From Eledone cirrhosa (lineage: Eukaryota), in NCBI GenBank assembly GCA_964016885.1, contig CAXHJY010000409.1:1-64000 (forward strand): 64,000 nt of DNA, read 5' to 3'. The number at the start of each line of letters is the position of its first letter. Position 1 is the first letter of the stretch. The notes beneath the pieces were generated by a model. The model searched no databases and was not told the DNA's origin. It worked only from the letters and a program-made list of their open reading frames with translations. Below, piece after piece: positions 43,701 to 59,894 of the stretch. The translations under genes and the position numbers were made by a program.

Positions 43701-46700
43701 CTGTCCTCATATTTGGCAATGGTTTAAATAAATATATGTAAGATATAGCACTACTGTCCTCATATTTGGCAATGATTTAAATAAATGTAAGATATAGCAC
43801 TACTGTCCTCATATTTGGCAATGGTTTAAATATATGTAAGATATAGCACTACTGTCCTCATATTTGGCAATGGTTTAAATATATGTAAGATATAGCACTA
43901 CTGTCCTCATATTTGACCATGGCTTAAATATATGTAAGATATAGCACTACTGTCCTCATATTTGGCAATGATTTAAATAAATGTAAGATATAGCACTACT
44001 GTCCTCATATTTGGCAATGGTTTAAATATATGTAAGATATAGCACTACTGTCCTCATATTTGACCATGGCTTAAATATATGTAAGATATAGCACTACTGT
44101 CCTCATATTTGGCAATGGTTTAAATATATGTAAGATATAGCACTAGTGTCTTCATATTTGGCAATGGTTTAAATAAATATATGTAAGATATAGCACTAGT
44201 GTCTTCATATTTGGCAATGGTTTAAATAAATATATGTAAGATATAGCACTAGTGTCTTCATATTTGGCAATGGTTTAAATATATGTAAGATATAGCACTA
44301 TTGTCCTCATATTTGGCAATGGTTTAAATATATGTAAGATATAGTACTAGTGTCTTCATATTTGGCAATGGTTTAAATATATGTAAGTTATAGCACTACT
44401 GTCTTCATATTTGGCAATGGTTTAAATATATGTAAGTTATAGCACTACTGTCCTCATATTTGGCAATGGTTTAAATAAATATATGTAAGATATAGCACTA
44501 CTGTCCTCATATTTGGCAATGGTTTAAATAAATATATGTAAGATATAGCACTAGTGTCCTCATATTTGGCAACGGTTTAAATATATGTAAGATATAGCAC
44601 TACTGTCTTCATATTTGGCAATGGTTTAAATATATGTAAGATATAGCACTACTGTCCTCATATTTGGCAATGGTTTAAATATATGCAAGATATAGCACTA
44701 CTGTCCTCATATTTGGCAATGGTTTAAATATATGTAAGATATAGCACTACTGTCCTCATATTTGACCATGGCTTAAATATATGTAAGATATAGCACTACT
44801 GTCCTCATATTTGGCAATGGTTTAAATATATGTAAGATATAGCACTAGTGTCTTCATATTTGGCAATGGTTTAAATAAATATATGTAAGATATAGCACTA
44901 GTGTCTTCATATTTGGCAATGGTTTAAATAAATATATGTAAGATATAGCACTAGTGTCTTCATATTTGGCAATGGTTTAAATATATGTAAGATATAGCAC
45001 TATTGTCCTCATATTTGGCAATGGTTTAAATATATGTAAGATATAGTACTAGTGTCTTCATATTTGACAATGGTTTAAATATATGTAAGCCATAGCACAA
45101 CAGTCTTCATATTTGGCAATGGTTTAAATATATGTAAGATATAGCACTACTGTCTTCATATTTGGCAATGGTTTAAATATATGTAAGATATAGCACTACT
45201 GTCCTCATATTTGGCAATGGTTTAAATATATGTAAGATGTAGCACTACTGTCTTCATATTTGGCAATGGTTTAAATATATGTAAGATATAGCACTACTGT
45301 CCTCATATTTGGCAAGGGTTTAAATATATGTAAGATATAGCATTACTGTCCTCATATTTAGCCATGGTTTAAATATATGTAAGCTATAGCACAACTGTCT
45401 TCATATTTGGCAATGGTTTTAATATATGTAAGATATAGCACAACTGTCTTCATATTTGGCAATGGTTTAAATATATGCAAGATATAGCACTACTGTCCTC
45501 ATATTTGGCAATGGTTTAAATATATGTAAGATATAGCACTACTGTCCTCATATTTGGCAATGGTTTAAATATATGTAAGATATAGCACTAGTGTCTTCAT
45601 ATTTGGCAATGGTTTAAATAAATATATGTAAGATATAGCACTAGTGTCTTCATATTTGGCAATGGTTTAAATAAATATATGTAAGATATAGCACTAGTGT
45701 CTTCATATTTGGCAATGGTTTAAATATATGTAAGATATAGCACTAGTGTCCTCATATTTGGCAATGGTTTAAATATATGTAAGATATAGTACTAGTGTCT
45801 TCATATTTGGCAATGGTTTAAATATATGTAAGTTATAGCACTACTGTCTTCATATTTGGCAATGGTTTAAATATATGTAAGTTATAGCACTACTGTCCTC
45901 ATATTTGGCAATGGTTTAAATAAATATATGTAAGATATAGCACTACTGTCCTCATATTTGGCAATGGTTTAAATAAATATATGTAAGATATAGCACTAGT
46001 GTCCTCATATTTGGCAACGGTTTAAATATATGTAAGATATAGCACTACTGTCTTCATATTTGGCAATGGTTTAAATATATGTAAGATATAGCACTACTGT
46101 CCTCATATTTGGCAATGGTTTAAATATATGCAAGATATAGCACTACTGTCCTCATATTTGGCAATAATTTAAATATATGTAAGCTATAGCACTACTGTCT
46201 TCATATTTGGCAATGGTTTAAATATATGTAAGATATAGCACTACTGTCTTCATATTTGGCAATGGTTTAAATATATGTAACACATAGCACTACTTCCCTC
46301 ATATTTGGCAATGGTTTAAATATATGTAAGATATAGCACTAGTGTCCTCATATTTGGCAATGATTTAAATAAATGTAAGATATAGCACTACTGTCCTCAT
46401 ATTTGGCAATGGTTTAAATATATGTAAGATATAGCACTAGTGTCCTCATATTTGGCAATGGTTTAAATATATGTAAGATATAGCACTACTGTCCTCATAT
46501 TTGGCAATGGTTTAAATATATGTAAGATATAGCACTACTGTCCTCATATTTGGCAATGGTTTAAATATATGTAAGATATAGCACTACTGTCCTCATATTT
46601 GGCAATGGTTTAAATATATGTAAGATATAGCACTACTGTCCTCATATTTGGCAATGGTTTAAATATATGTAAGATATAGCACTAGTGTCCTCATATTTGG

Positions 46701-49700
46701 CAATGGTTTAAATATATGTAAGATATAGCACTACTGTCCTCATATTTGACCATGGTTTAAATATATGTAAGATATAGCACTAGTGTCCTCATATTTGGCA
46801 ATGGTTTAAATATATGTAAGATATAGCACTACTGTCCTCATATTTGACCATGGTTTAAATATATGTAAGATATAGCACTAGTGTCCTCATATTTGACCAT
46901 GGTTTAAATATATGTAAGATATAGCACTACTTCCCTCATATTTGGCAATGGTTTAAATATATGTAAGATATAGCACTAGTGTCCTCATATTTGGCAATGG
47001 TTTAAATATATGTAAGATATAGCACTACTGTCTTCATATTTGGCCATGGTTTAAATATATGTAAGATATAGCACTACTGTCTTCATATTTGGCCATGGTT
47101 TAAATATATGTAAGATATAGCACTACAGTCCTCATATTTGGCAATGGTTTAAATATATGTAAGATATAGCACTACTGTCCTCATATTTGACCATGGTTTA
47201 AATATATGTAAGATATAGCACTACTGTCCTCATATTTGGCAATGGTTTAAATATATGTAAGATATAGCACTACTGTCCTCATATTTGGCAATGGTTTAAA
47301 TATATGTAAGATATAGCACTACTGCCTTCATATTTGGCAATGGTTTAAATATATGTAAGATATAGCACTAGTGTCCTCATATTTGGCAATGGTTTAAATA
47401 TATGTAAGATATAGCACTACAGTTTTCATATTAGGCAATGGTTTAAATATATGTAAGATATAGCACTACTGTCGTCATATTTGGCAATGGTTTAAATAAA
47501 TATATGTAAGATATAGCACTACTGTCCTAATATTAGGCAATGGTTTAAATATATGTAAGATATAGCACTACTGTCCTCATATTTGGCAATGGTTTAAATA
47601 TATGTAAGATATAGCACTACAGTTTTCATATTAGGCAATGGTTTAAATATATGTAAGATATAGCACTACTGTCGTCATATTTGGCAATGGTTTAAATAAA
47701 TATATGTAAGATATAGCACTACTGTCCTCATATTTGGCAATGGTTTAAATATATGTAAGATATAGCACTAGTGTCTTCATATTTGGCAATGGTTTAAATA
47801 TATGTAAGATATAGCACTACTGTCCTCATATTTGGCAATGGTTTAAATATATGCAAGATATAGCACTACTGTCTTCATATTTGGCAATGGTTTAAATAAA
47901 TATATGTAAGCTATAGCACTACTGTCCTCATATTTGACCATGGTTTAACTATATGCAAGATATAGCACTACTGTCCTCATATTTGGCAATGGTTTAAATA
48001 TATGTAAGATATAGCATTACTGTCCTCATATTTGGCAATGGTTTAAATATATGTAAGATATAGCACTACTGTCCTCATATTTGGCAATGGTTTAAATATA
48101 TGTAAGATATAGCATTACTGTCCTCATATTTGGCAATGGTTTAAATATATGTAAGATATAGCACTACTGTCCTCATATTTGGCAATGGTTTAACTATATG
48201 CAAGATATAGCACTACTGTCCTCATATTTGGCAATGGTTTAAATATATGTAAGATATAGCATTACTGTCCTCATATTTGGCAATGGTTTAAATATATGTA
48301 AGATATAGCACTACTGTCCTCATATTTGGCAATGGTTTAAATATATGTAAGATATAGCACTACTGTCCTCATATTTGGCAATGGTTTAAATATATGTAAG
48401 ATATAGCACTACTGTCCTCATATTTGGCAATGGTTTAAATATATGTAAGAGATAGCACTACTGTCCTCATATTTGGCAATGGTTTAAATATATGTAAGAT
48501 ATAGCACTACTGTCTTCATATTTGACCATGGTTTTAATATATGTAAGATATAGCACTACTGTCTTCATATTTGGCAATGGCTTAAATATATGTAAGATAT
48601 AGCACTACTGTCTTCATATTTGGCAATGGCTTAAATATATGTAAGATATAGCACTACTGTCTTCATATTTGGCAATGGCTTAAATATATGTAAGATATAG
48701 CACTACTGTCTTCATATTTGGCAATGGCTTAAATATATGTAAGATATAGCACTACTGTCCTCATATTTGACCATGGTTTTAATATATGTAAGATATAGCA
48801 CTACTGTCTTCATATTTGGCAATGGCTTAAATATATGTAAGATATAGCACTACTGTCTTCATATTTGGCAATGGCTTAAATATATGTAAGATATAGCACT
48901 ACTGTCTTCATATTTGGCCATGGTTTAAATATATGTAAGATATAGCACAACTGTCTTCATATTTGGCAATGGTTTAAATAAATATATGTAAGATATAGCA
49001 CTAGTGTCCTCATATTTGGCAATGGTTTAAATAAATATATGTAAGATATAGCACTAGTGTCCTCATATTTGGCAATGGTTTAAATAAATATATGTAAGAT
49101 ATAGCACTACTGTCTTCATATTTGGCAATGGTTTAAATATATGTAAGATATAGCACTACTGTCCTCATATTTGGCAATGGTTTAAATATATGTAAGATAT
49201 AGCACTACTGTCCTCATATTTGACCATGGTTTAAATATATGTAAGATATAGCACTACTGTCCTCATATTTGACCATGGTTTAAATATATGTAAGATATAG
49301 CACTACTGTCCTCATACTTGGCAATGGTTTAAATATATGTAAGATATAGCACTACTGTCCTCATACTTGGCAATGGTTTAAATATATGTAAGATATAGCA
49401 CTAGTGTCTTCATATTTGGCAATGGTTTAAATAAATATATGTAAGATATAGCACTAGTGTCCTCATATTTGGCAATGGTTTAAATAAATATATGTAAGAT
49501 ATAGCACTACTGTCCTCATACTTGGCAATGGTTTAAATATATGTAAGATATAGCACTAGTGTCTTCATATTTGGCAATGGTTTAAATAAATATATGTAAG
49601 ATATAGCACTACTGTCCTCATATTTGGCAATGGTTTAAATAAATATATGTAAGATATAGCACTACTGTCCTCATATTTGGCAATGATTTAAATAAATGTA

Positions 49701-52700
49701 AGATATAGCACTACTGTCCTCATATTTGGCAATGGTTTAAATATATGTAAGATATAGCACTACTGTCCTCATATTTGGCAATGGTTTAAATATATGTAAG
49801 ATATAGCACTACTGTCCTCATATTTGACCATGGCTTAAATATATGTAAGATATAGCACTACTGTCCTCATATTTGGCAATGATTTAAATAAATGTAAGAT
49901 ATAGCACTACTGTCCTCATATTTGGCAATGGTTTAAATATATGTAAGATATAGCACTACTGTCCTCATATTTGACCATGGCTTAAATATATGTAAGATAT
50001 AGCACTACTGTCCTCATATTTGGCAATGGTTTAAATATATGTAAGATATAGCACTAGTGTCTTCATATTTGGCAATGGTTTAAATAAATATATGTAAGAT
50101 ATAGCACTAGTGTCTTCATATTTGGCAATGGTTTAAATAAATATATGTAAGATATAGCACTAGTGTCTTCATATTTGGCAATGGTTTAAATATATGTAAG
50201 ATATAGCACTATTGTCCTCATATTTGGCAATGGTTTAAATATATGTAAGATATAGTACTAGTGTCTTCATATTTGGCAATGGTTTAAATATATGTAAGTT
50301 ATAGCACTACTGTCTTCATATTTGGCAATGGTTTAAATATATGTAAGTTATAGCACTACTGTCCTCATATTTGGCAATGGTTTAAATAAATATATGTAAG
50401 ATATAGCACTACTGTCCTCATATTTGGCAATGGTTTAAATAAATATATGTAAGATATAGCACTAGTGTCCTCATATTTGGCAACGGTTTAAATATATGTA
50501 AGATATAGCACTACTGTCTTCATATTTGGCAATGGTTTAAATATATGTAAGATATAGCACTACTGTCCTCATATTTGGCAATGGTTTAAATATATGCAAG
50601 ATATAGCACTACTGTCCTCATATTTGGCAATGGTTTAAATATATGTAAGATATAGCACTACTGTCCTCATATTTGACCATGGCTTAAATATATGTAAGAT
50701 ATAGCACTACTGTCCTCATATTTGGCAATGGTTTAAATATATGTAAGATATAGCACTAGTGTCTTCATATTTGGCAATGGTTTAAATAAATATATGTAAG
50801 ATATAGCACTAGTGTCTTCATATTTGGCAATGGTTTAAATAAATATATGTAAGATATAGCACTAGTGTCTTCATATTTGGCAATGGTTTAAATATATGTA
50901 AGATATAGCACTATTGTCCTCATATTTGGCAATGGTTTAAATATATGTAAGATATAGTACTAGTGTCTTCATATTTGGCAATGGTTTAAATATATGTAAG
51001 TTATAGCACTACTGTCTTCATATTTGGCAATGGTTTAAATATATGTAAGTTATAGCACTACTGTCCTCATATTTGGCAATGGTTTAAATAAATATATGTA
51101 AGATATAGCACTACTGTCCTCATATTTGGCAATGGTTTAAATAAATATATGTAAGATATAGCACTAGTGTCCTCATATTTGGCAACGGTTTAAATATATG
51201 TAAGATATAGCACTACTGTCTTCATATTTGGCAATGGTTTAAATATATGTAAGATATAGCACTACTGTCCTCATATTTGGCAATGGTTTAAATATATGCA
51301 AGATATAGCACTACTGTCCTCATATTTGGCAATAATTTAAATATATGTAAGCTATAGCACTACTGTCTTCATATTTGGCAATGGTTTAAATATATGTAAG
51401 ATATAGCACTACTGTCTTCATATTTGGCAATGGTTTAAATATATGTAACACATAGCACTACTTCCCTCATATTTGGCAATGGTTTAAATATATGTAAGAT
51501 ATAGCACTAGTGTCCTCATATTTGGCAATGATTTAAATAAATGTAAGATATAGCACTACTGTCCTCATATTTGGCAATGGTTTAAATATATGTAAGATAT
51601 AGCACTAGTGTCCTCATATTTGGCAATGGTTTAAATATATGTAAGATATAGCACTACTGTCCTCATATTTGGCAATGGTTTAAATATATGTAAGATATAG
51701 CACTACTGTCCTCATATTTGGCAATGGTTTAAATATATGTAAGATATAGCACTACTGTCCTCATATTTGGCAATGGTTTAAATATATGTAAGATATAGCA
51801 CTACTGTCCTCATATTTGGCAATGGTTTAAATATATGTAAGATATAGCACTAGTGTCCTCATATTTGGCAATGGTTTAAATATATGTAAGATATAGCACT
51901 ACTGTCCTCATATTTGACCATGGTTTAAATATATGTAAGATATAGCACTAGTGTCCTCATATTTGGCAATGGTTTAAATATATGTAAGATATAGCACTAC
52001 TGTCCTCATATTTGACCATGGTTTAAATATATGTAAGATATAGCACTAGTGTCCTCATATTTGACCATGGTTTAAATATATGTAAGATATAGCACTACTT
52101 CCCTCATATTTGGCAATGGTTTAAATATATGTAAGATATAGCACTAGTGTCCTCATATTTGGCAATGGTTTAAATATATGTAAGATATAGCACTACTGTC
52201 TTCATATTTGGCCATGGTTTAAATATATGTAAGATATAGCACTACTGTCTTCATATTTGGCCATGGTTTAAATATATGTAAGATATAGCACTACAGTCCT
52301 CATATTTGGCAATGGTTTAAATATATGTAAGATATAGCACTACTGTCCTCATATTTGACCATGGTTTAAATATATGTAAGATATAGCACTACTGTCCTCA
52401 TATTTGGCAATGGTTTAAATATATGTAAGATATAGCACTACTGTCCTCATATTTGGCAATGGTTTAAATATATGTAAGATATAGCACTACTGCCTTCATA
52501 TTTGGCAATGGTTTAAATATATGTAAGATATAGCACTAGTGTCCTCATATTTGGCAATGGTTTAAATATATGTAAGATATAGCACTACAGTTTTCATATT
52601 AGGCAATGGTTTAAATATATGTAAGATATAGCACTACTGTCGTCATATTTGGCAATGGTTTAAATAAATATATGTAAGATATAGCACTACTGTCCTAATA

Positions 52701-55700
52701 TTAGGCAATGGTTTAAATATATGTAAGATATAGCACTACTGTCCTCATATTTGGCAATGGTTTAAATATATGTAAGATATAGCACTACTGTCCTCATATT
52801 TGACCATGGTTTAAATATATGTAAGATATAGCACTAGTGTCCTCATATTTGGCAATGGTTTAAATATATGTAAGATATAGCACTACAGTTTTCATATTAG
52901 GCAATGGTTTAAATATATGTAAGATATAGCACTACTGTCGTCATATTTGGCAATGGTTTAAATAAATATATGTAAGATATAGCACTACTGTCCTAATATT
53001 TGGCAATGGTTTAAATATATGTAAGATATAGCACTACTGTCGTCATATTTGGCAATGGTTTAAATAAATATATGTAAGATATAGCACTAGTGTCCTCATA
53101 TTTGGCAATGGTTTAAATAAATATATGTAAGCTATAGCACTACTGTCCTCATATTTGGCAATGGTTTAAATATATGTAAGCTATAGCACTACTGTCCTCA
53201 TATTTGGCAATGGTTTAAATATATGTAAGATATAGCACTACTGTTTTCATATTTGGCAATGGTTTAAATATATGTAAGATATAGCACTACTGTCCTCATA
53301 TTTGGCAATGGTTTAAATATATGTAAGATATAGCACTACTGTCTTCATATTTGGCAATGGTTTAAATATATGTAAGATATAGCACTACTATCCTTATATT
53401 TGGCAATGGTTTAAATAAATATATGTAAGATATAGCACTACTGTCCTCATATTTGGCAATGGTTTAAATATAAGTAAGATATAGCACTACTGTCCTCATA
53501 TTTGGCAATGGTTTAAATATATGTAAGATATAGCACTACTGTCTTCATATTTGGCAATGGTTTAAATATATGTAAGATATAGCACTACTGTCCTCATATT
53601 TGGCAATGGTTTAAATAAATATATGTAAGATATAGCACTACTGTCCTCATATTTGGCAATGGTTTAAATATAAGTAAGATATAGCACTACTGTCCTCATA
53701 TTTGACCATGGTTTAAATATATGTAAGATATAGCACTAGTGTCCTCATATTTGGCAATGGTTTAAATATATGTAAGATATAGCACTACTGTCCTCATATT
53801 TGACCATGGTTTAAATATATGTAAGATATAGCACTAGTGTCCTCATATTTGACCATGGTTTAAATATATGTAAGATATAGCACTACTTCCCTCATATTTG
53901 GCAATGGTTTAAATATATGTAAGATATAGCACTAGTGTCCTCATATTTGGCAATGGTTTAAATATATGTAAGATATAGCACTACTGTCTTCATATTTGGC
54001 CATGGTTTAAATATATGTAAGATATAGCACTACTGTCTTCATATTTGGCCATGGTTTAAATATATGTAAGATATAGCACTACAGTCCTCATATTTGGCAA
54101 TGGTTTAAATATATGTAAGATATAGCACTACTGTCCTCATATTTGACCATGGTTTAAATATATGTAAGATATAGCACTACTGTCCTCATATTTGGCAATG
54201 GTTTAAATATATGTAAGATATAGCACTACTGTCCTCATATTTGGCAATGGTTTAAATATATGTAAGATATAGCACTACTGCCTTCATATTTGGCAATGGT
54301 TTAAATATATGTAAGATATAGCACTAGTGTCCTCATATTTGGCAATGGTTTAAATATATGTAAGATATAGCACTACAGTTTTCATATTAGGCAATGGTTT
54401 AAATATATGTAAGATATAGCACTACTGTCGTCATATTTGGCAATGGTTTAAATAAATATATGTAAGATATAGCACTACTGTCCTAATATTAGGCAATGGT
54501 TTAAATATATGTAAGATATAGCACTACTGTCCTCATATTTGGCAATGGTTTAAATATATGTAAGATATAGCACTACTGTCCTCATATTTGACCATGGTTT
54601 AAATATATGTAAGATAAAGCACTAGTGTCCTCATATTTGGCAATGGTTTAAATATATGTAAGATATAGCACTACTGTCGTCATATTTGGCAATGGTTTAA
54701 ATAAATATATGTAAGATATAGCACTACTGTCCTAATATTTGGCAATGGTTTAAATATATGTAAGATATAGCACTACTGTCGTCATATTTGGCAATGGTTT
54801 AAATAAATATATGTAAGATATAGCACTAGTGTCCTCATATTTGGCAATGGTTTAAATAAATATATGTAAGCTATAGCACTACTGTCCTCATATTTGGCAA
54901 TGGTTTAAATATATGTAAGCTATAGCACTACTGTCCTCATATTTGGCAATGGTTTAAATATATGTAAGATATAGCACTACTGTTTTCATATTTGGCAATG
55001 GTTTAAATATATGTAAGATATAGCACTACTGTCCTCATATTTGGCAATGGTTTAAATATATGTAAGATATAGCACTACTGTCTTCATATTTGGCAATGGT
55101 TTAAATATATGTAAGATATAGCACTACTATCCTTATATTTGGCAATGGTTTAAATAAATATATGTAAGATATAGCACTACTGTCCTCATATTTGGCAATG
55201 GTTTAAATATAAGTAAGATATAGCACTACTGTCCTCATATTTGGCAATGGTTTAAATATATGTAAGATATAGCACTACTGTCTTCATATTTGGCAATGGT
55301 TTAAATATATGTAAGATATAGCACTACTGTCCTCATATTTGGCAATGGTTTAAATAAATATATGTAAGATATAGCACTACTGTCCTCATACTTGGCAATG
55401 GTTTAAATATATGTAAGATATAGCACTACTGTCTTCATATTTGGCAATAATTTAAATATATGTAAGATATAGCACTACTGTCCTCATATTTGGCAATGGT
55501 TTAAATATATGTAAGATATAGCACTACTGTCCTCATATTTGGCAATGGTTTAAATATATGTAAGATATAGCACTAGTGTCTTCATATTTGGCAATGGTTT
55601 AAATATATGTAAGATATAGCACTACTGTCTTCATATTTGGTAATGGTTTAAATAAATATATGTAAGCTATAGCACTACTGTCCTCATATTTGGCAATGGT

Positions 55701-56237
55701 TTAAATATATGTAAGATATAGCACTACTGTTTTCATATTTGGCAATGGTTTAAATATATGTAAGATATAGCACTACTGTCTTCATATTTGGCCATGGTTT
55801 AAATATATGTAAGATATAGCACTACTGTCCTCATATTTGGCAATGGTTTGAATATATGTAAGATATAGCACTACTGTCTTCATATTTGGCAATGGTTTAA
55901 CTATATGCAAGATATAGCACTACTGTCGTCATATTTGGTAATGGTTTAAATATATGTAAGATATAGCACTAGTGTCCTCATATTTGGCAATGATTTAAAT
56001 AAATATATGTAAGATATAGCACTACATTCCTCATATTTGGCAATGGTTTAAATATATGTAATATATAGCACTAATGTCTTCATATTTGGCCATGGTTTAA
56101 ATATATGTAAGATATAGCACTACTGTCTTCATATTTGGCAATGGTTTAAATATATGTAAGATATAGCACTACTGTCCTCATATTTGGCAATGGTTTAAAT
56201 ATATGTAAGATATAGCACTACTTCCCTCATATTTGGC

Positions 56238-56240
<3 letters not shown>

Positions 56241-56269
<29 letters not shown>

Positions 56270-57274
56270 GGTTTAGCGTCCGTGTTCCACGCTTGCATGG
56301 GTTTGGACGGGGGTTTTCCCACTTGAGGCAAGAGTGGTTGTCTTGCTCGCATAGGACTGTCTGGCGGGTTTTCTACAGTTGGATGCCCTTCCTAACACCA
56401 ACCACATTTACAGTGTGGGGCTGGGAGGTTTTTACCGTGTTGCCTACAAGGCCACATTACAGCGTGGACTGTCTGGCGGGTTTTCTACAGCTGGATGCCC
56501 TTCCTAACACCAACCACATTTACAGTGTGGGGCTGGGAGGTTTTTACCGTGTTGCCTACACGGCCACATTTACAGCGTGGACTGTGTGTTTTTTGTCGTG
56601 ACACCTACACGATCTCATTTGTTTCGGCCTGGATGTTGTGGGACCAACATAACTTTACATTGAAAGGGGCAGTGTGGGTGGGGTGGAGGTGGTGGGACGG
56701 GGGTGTGTTTTGATAGAGATGCCTACTGACTGTAGTAGGTTTTTAGTTTGTATTTAGGTAAGGCGGGTCTTCTCTATTACTGAGTACCGCCAAAGGTCTC
56801 GGTCCAGTGACATTGTCTTGGAGAGGTGTAAGCGTGTGAGGTCGGAATTTATCAGCTCGTCCCATGTTTTTCTGGGTCTGCCTACTCCGTGGCTACCGTC
56901 TATCTTTATTGCCCTGCACTTTGTTATACAGCTGTCGTCTTTCATGCGCATCACGTGACCGTACCAACGTAGCCTTCTCTCGAGTAAACAACATCTGATC
57001 CCTCTTATTTCTAATTTTTTCCTTAGTTCGTTTATGCTTTGCCGTTCACGTATATTACTATTGCACATCCAGCGGAGCATGCAAGCTTCGTTCCTCTCTA
57101 GTCTACGTATATCCTCTGCACACAATGCCCAGGTCTCACTGCCATGCAGCATTGCTGTTCGTATGCAGGCATCGTATAACCTGCCTTTCATTTTTAGGGA
57201 GAACCCTCTAGCGGCTAATAGTGGTATAAGCTCTCTGAACTTTTTCCATCCAGTTCTGACTCTAGCTACTGTAC
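56241..57274 (-). mobile_element. Young 5'-truncated RTE subfamily A copy inserted in the satellite
   Basis: (CAT)n tail, C-terminal ORF 56754-57191, TSD TGGCAAT at 56234-56240 and 57275-57281. Confidence 0.95.
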
Positions 57275-59862
57275 TGGCAATGGTTTAAATATATGTAACA
57301 TATAGCACTAGTGTCCTCATATTTGGCAATGGTTTAAATATATGTAAGATATAGCACTAGTGTCCTCATATTTGGCAATGGTTTAAATATATGTAAGATA
57401 TAGCACTACTGTCTTCATATTTGGGCATGGTTTAAATATATGTAAGATATAGCGCTACTGTCCTCATATTTGACCATGGTTTAAATATATGTAAGATATA
57501 GCACTACTGTCCTCATATTTGGCAATGGTTTAAATATATGTAAGATATAGCACTACTGTCCTCATATTTGGCAATGGTTTAAATATATGTAAGATATAGC
57601 ACTACTGCCTTCATATTTGGCAATGGTTTAAATATATGTAAGATATAGCACTACTGTCTTCATATTTGGCAATGGTTTAAATATATGTAAGATATAGCAC
57701 TACTGTCCTCATATTTGGCAATGGTTTAAATAAATATATGTAAGATATAGCACTAGTGTCCTCATATTAGGCAATGGTTTAAATATATGTAAGATATAGC
57801 ACTACTGTCTTCATATTTGGCAATGGTTTAAATAAATATATGTAAGATATAGCACTACTGTCTTCATATTTGGCAATGGTTTAAATAAATATATGTAAGC
57901 TATAGCACTACTGTCCTCATATTTGGCAATGGTTTAAATATATGTAAGATATAGCATTACTGTCCTCATATTTGGCAATGGTTTAAATATATGTAAGATA
58001 TAGCACTACTGTTTTCATATTTGGCAATGGTTTAAATATATGTAAGATATAGCACTAGTGTCTTCATATTTGGCAATGATTTAAATATATGCAAGATATA
58101 GCACTACTGTCTTCATATTTGGCAATGGTTTAAATATATGCAAGATATAGCACTAGTGTCTTCATATTTGGCAATGATTTAAATATATGCAAGATATAGC
58201 ACTACTGTCTTCATATTTGGCAATGGTTTAAATATATGTAAGATATAGCACTACTGTCTTCATATTTGGCAATGGTTTAAATATATGTAAGATATAGCAC
58301 TACTGTCCTCATATTTGGCAATGGTTTAAATATATGTAAGATATAGCACTACTGTCCTCATATTTGGCAATGGTTTAAATATATGTAAGATATAGCACTA
58401 GTGTCCTCATATTTGGCAATGGTTTAAATATATGTAAGATATAGCACTACTGTCTTCATATTTGGCCATGGTTTAAATATATGTAAGCTATAGCACTACT
58501 GTCCTCATATTTGGCAATGGTTTAAATAAATATATGTAAGATATAGCACTACTGTCCTCATATTTGGCAATGGTTTAAATATATGCAAGATATAGCACTA
58601 CTGTCTTCATATTTGGCAATGGTTTAAATATATGTAAGATATAGCACTACTGTCCTCATATTTGGCAATGGTTTAAATATATGTAAGATATAGCACTACT
58701 GTCCTCATATTTGGCAATGGTTTAAATATATGTAAGATATAGCACTACTGTCCTCATATTTGGCAATGGTTTAAATAAATATATGTAAGATATAGCACTA
58801 GTGTCCTCATATTTGGCAATGGTTTAAATAAATATATGTAAGCTATAGCACTACTGTCCTCATATTTGGCAATGGTTTAAATATATGTAAGATATAGCAC
58901 TACTGTCTTCATATTTGGCAATGGTTTAAATATATGCAAGATACAGCACTACTGTCTTCATATTTGGCAATGGTTTAAATATATGTAAGATACAGCACTA
59001 CTGTCCTCATATTTGGCAATGGTTTAAATATATGTAAGATATAGCACTACTGTCCTCATATTTGGCAATGGTTTAAATATATGCAAGATATAGCACTACT
59101 GTCTTCATATTTGGCAATGGTTTAAATATATGTAAGATATAGCACTAGTGTCCTCATATTTGGCAATGGTTTAAATATATGTAAGATATAGCACTACTGT
59201 CCTCATATTTGGCAATGGTTTAAATAAATATATGTAAGATATAGCACTAGTGTCCTCATATTTGGCAATGGTTTAAATATATGTAAGATATAGCACTACT
59301 GTCCTCATATTTGGCAATGGTTTAAATATATGTAAGATATAGCACTACTGTCCTCCTATTTGACCATGGTTTAAATATATGTAAGATATAGCACTACTGT
59401 CCTCATATTTGGCAATGGTTTAAATATATGTAAGATATAGCACTACTGTCCTCATATTTGGCATTGGTTTAAATATATGTAAGATATAGCACTACTGCCT
59501 TCATATTCGGCAACGGTTTAAATATATGTAAGATATAGCATTACTGCCTTCATATTTGGCAATGGTTTAAATATATGTAAGATATAGCACTAGTGTCCTC
59601 ATATTTGGCAATGGTTTAAATAAATATATGTAAGATATAGCACTACTGTCCTCATATTTGGCAATGGTTTAAATAAATATATGTAAGATATAGCACTAGT
59701 GTCCTCATATTTGGCAATGGTTTAAATATATGTAAGATATAGCACTACTGTCTTCATATTTGGCAATGGTTTAAATATATGTAAGATATAGCACTACTGT
59801 CCTCATATTTGGCAATGGTTTAAATATATGTAAGATATAGCACTACTTCCCTCATATTTGGC

Positions 59863-59865
<3 letters not shown>

Positions 59866-59894
<29 letters not shown>

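Noticed and set aside
56233-56713. Recurring ORFs such as MPFLTPTTFTVWGW
   Set aside because: Antisense translations of the RTE/SINE 3' UTR; recurrence only reflects repeat copies.
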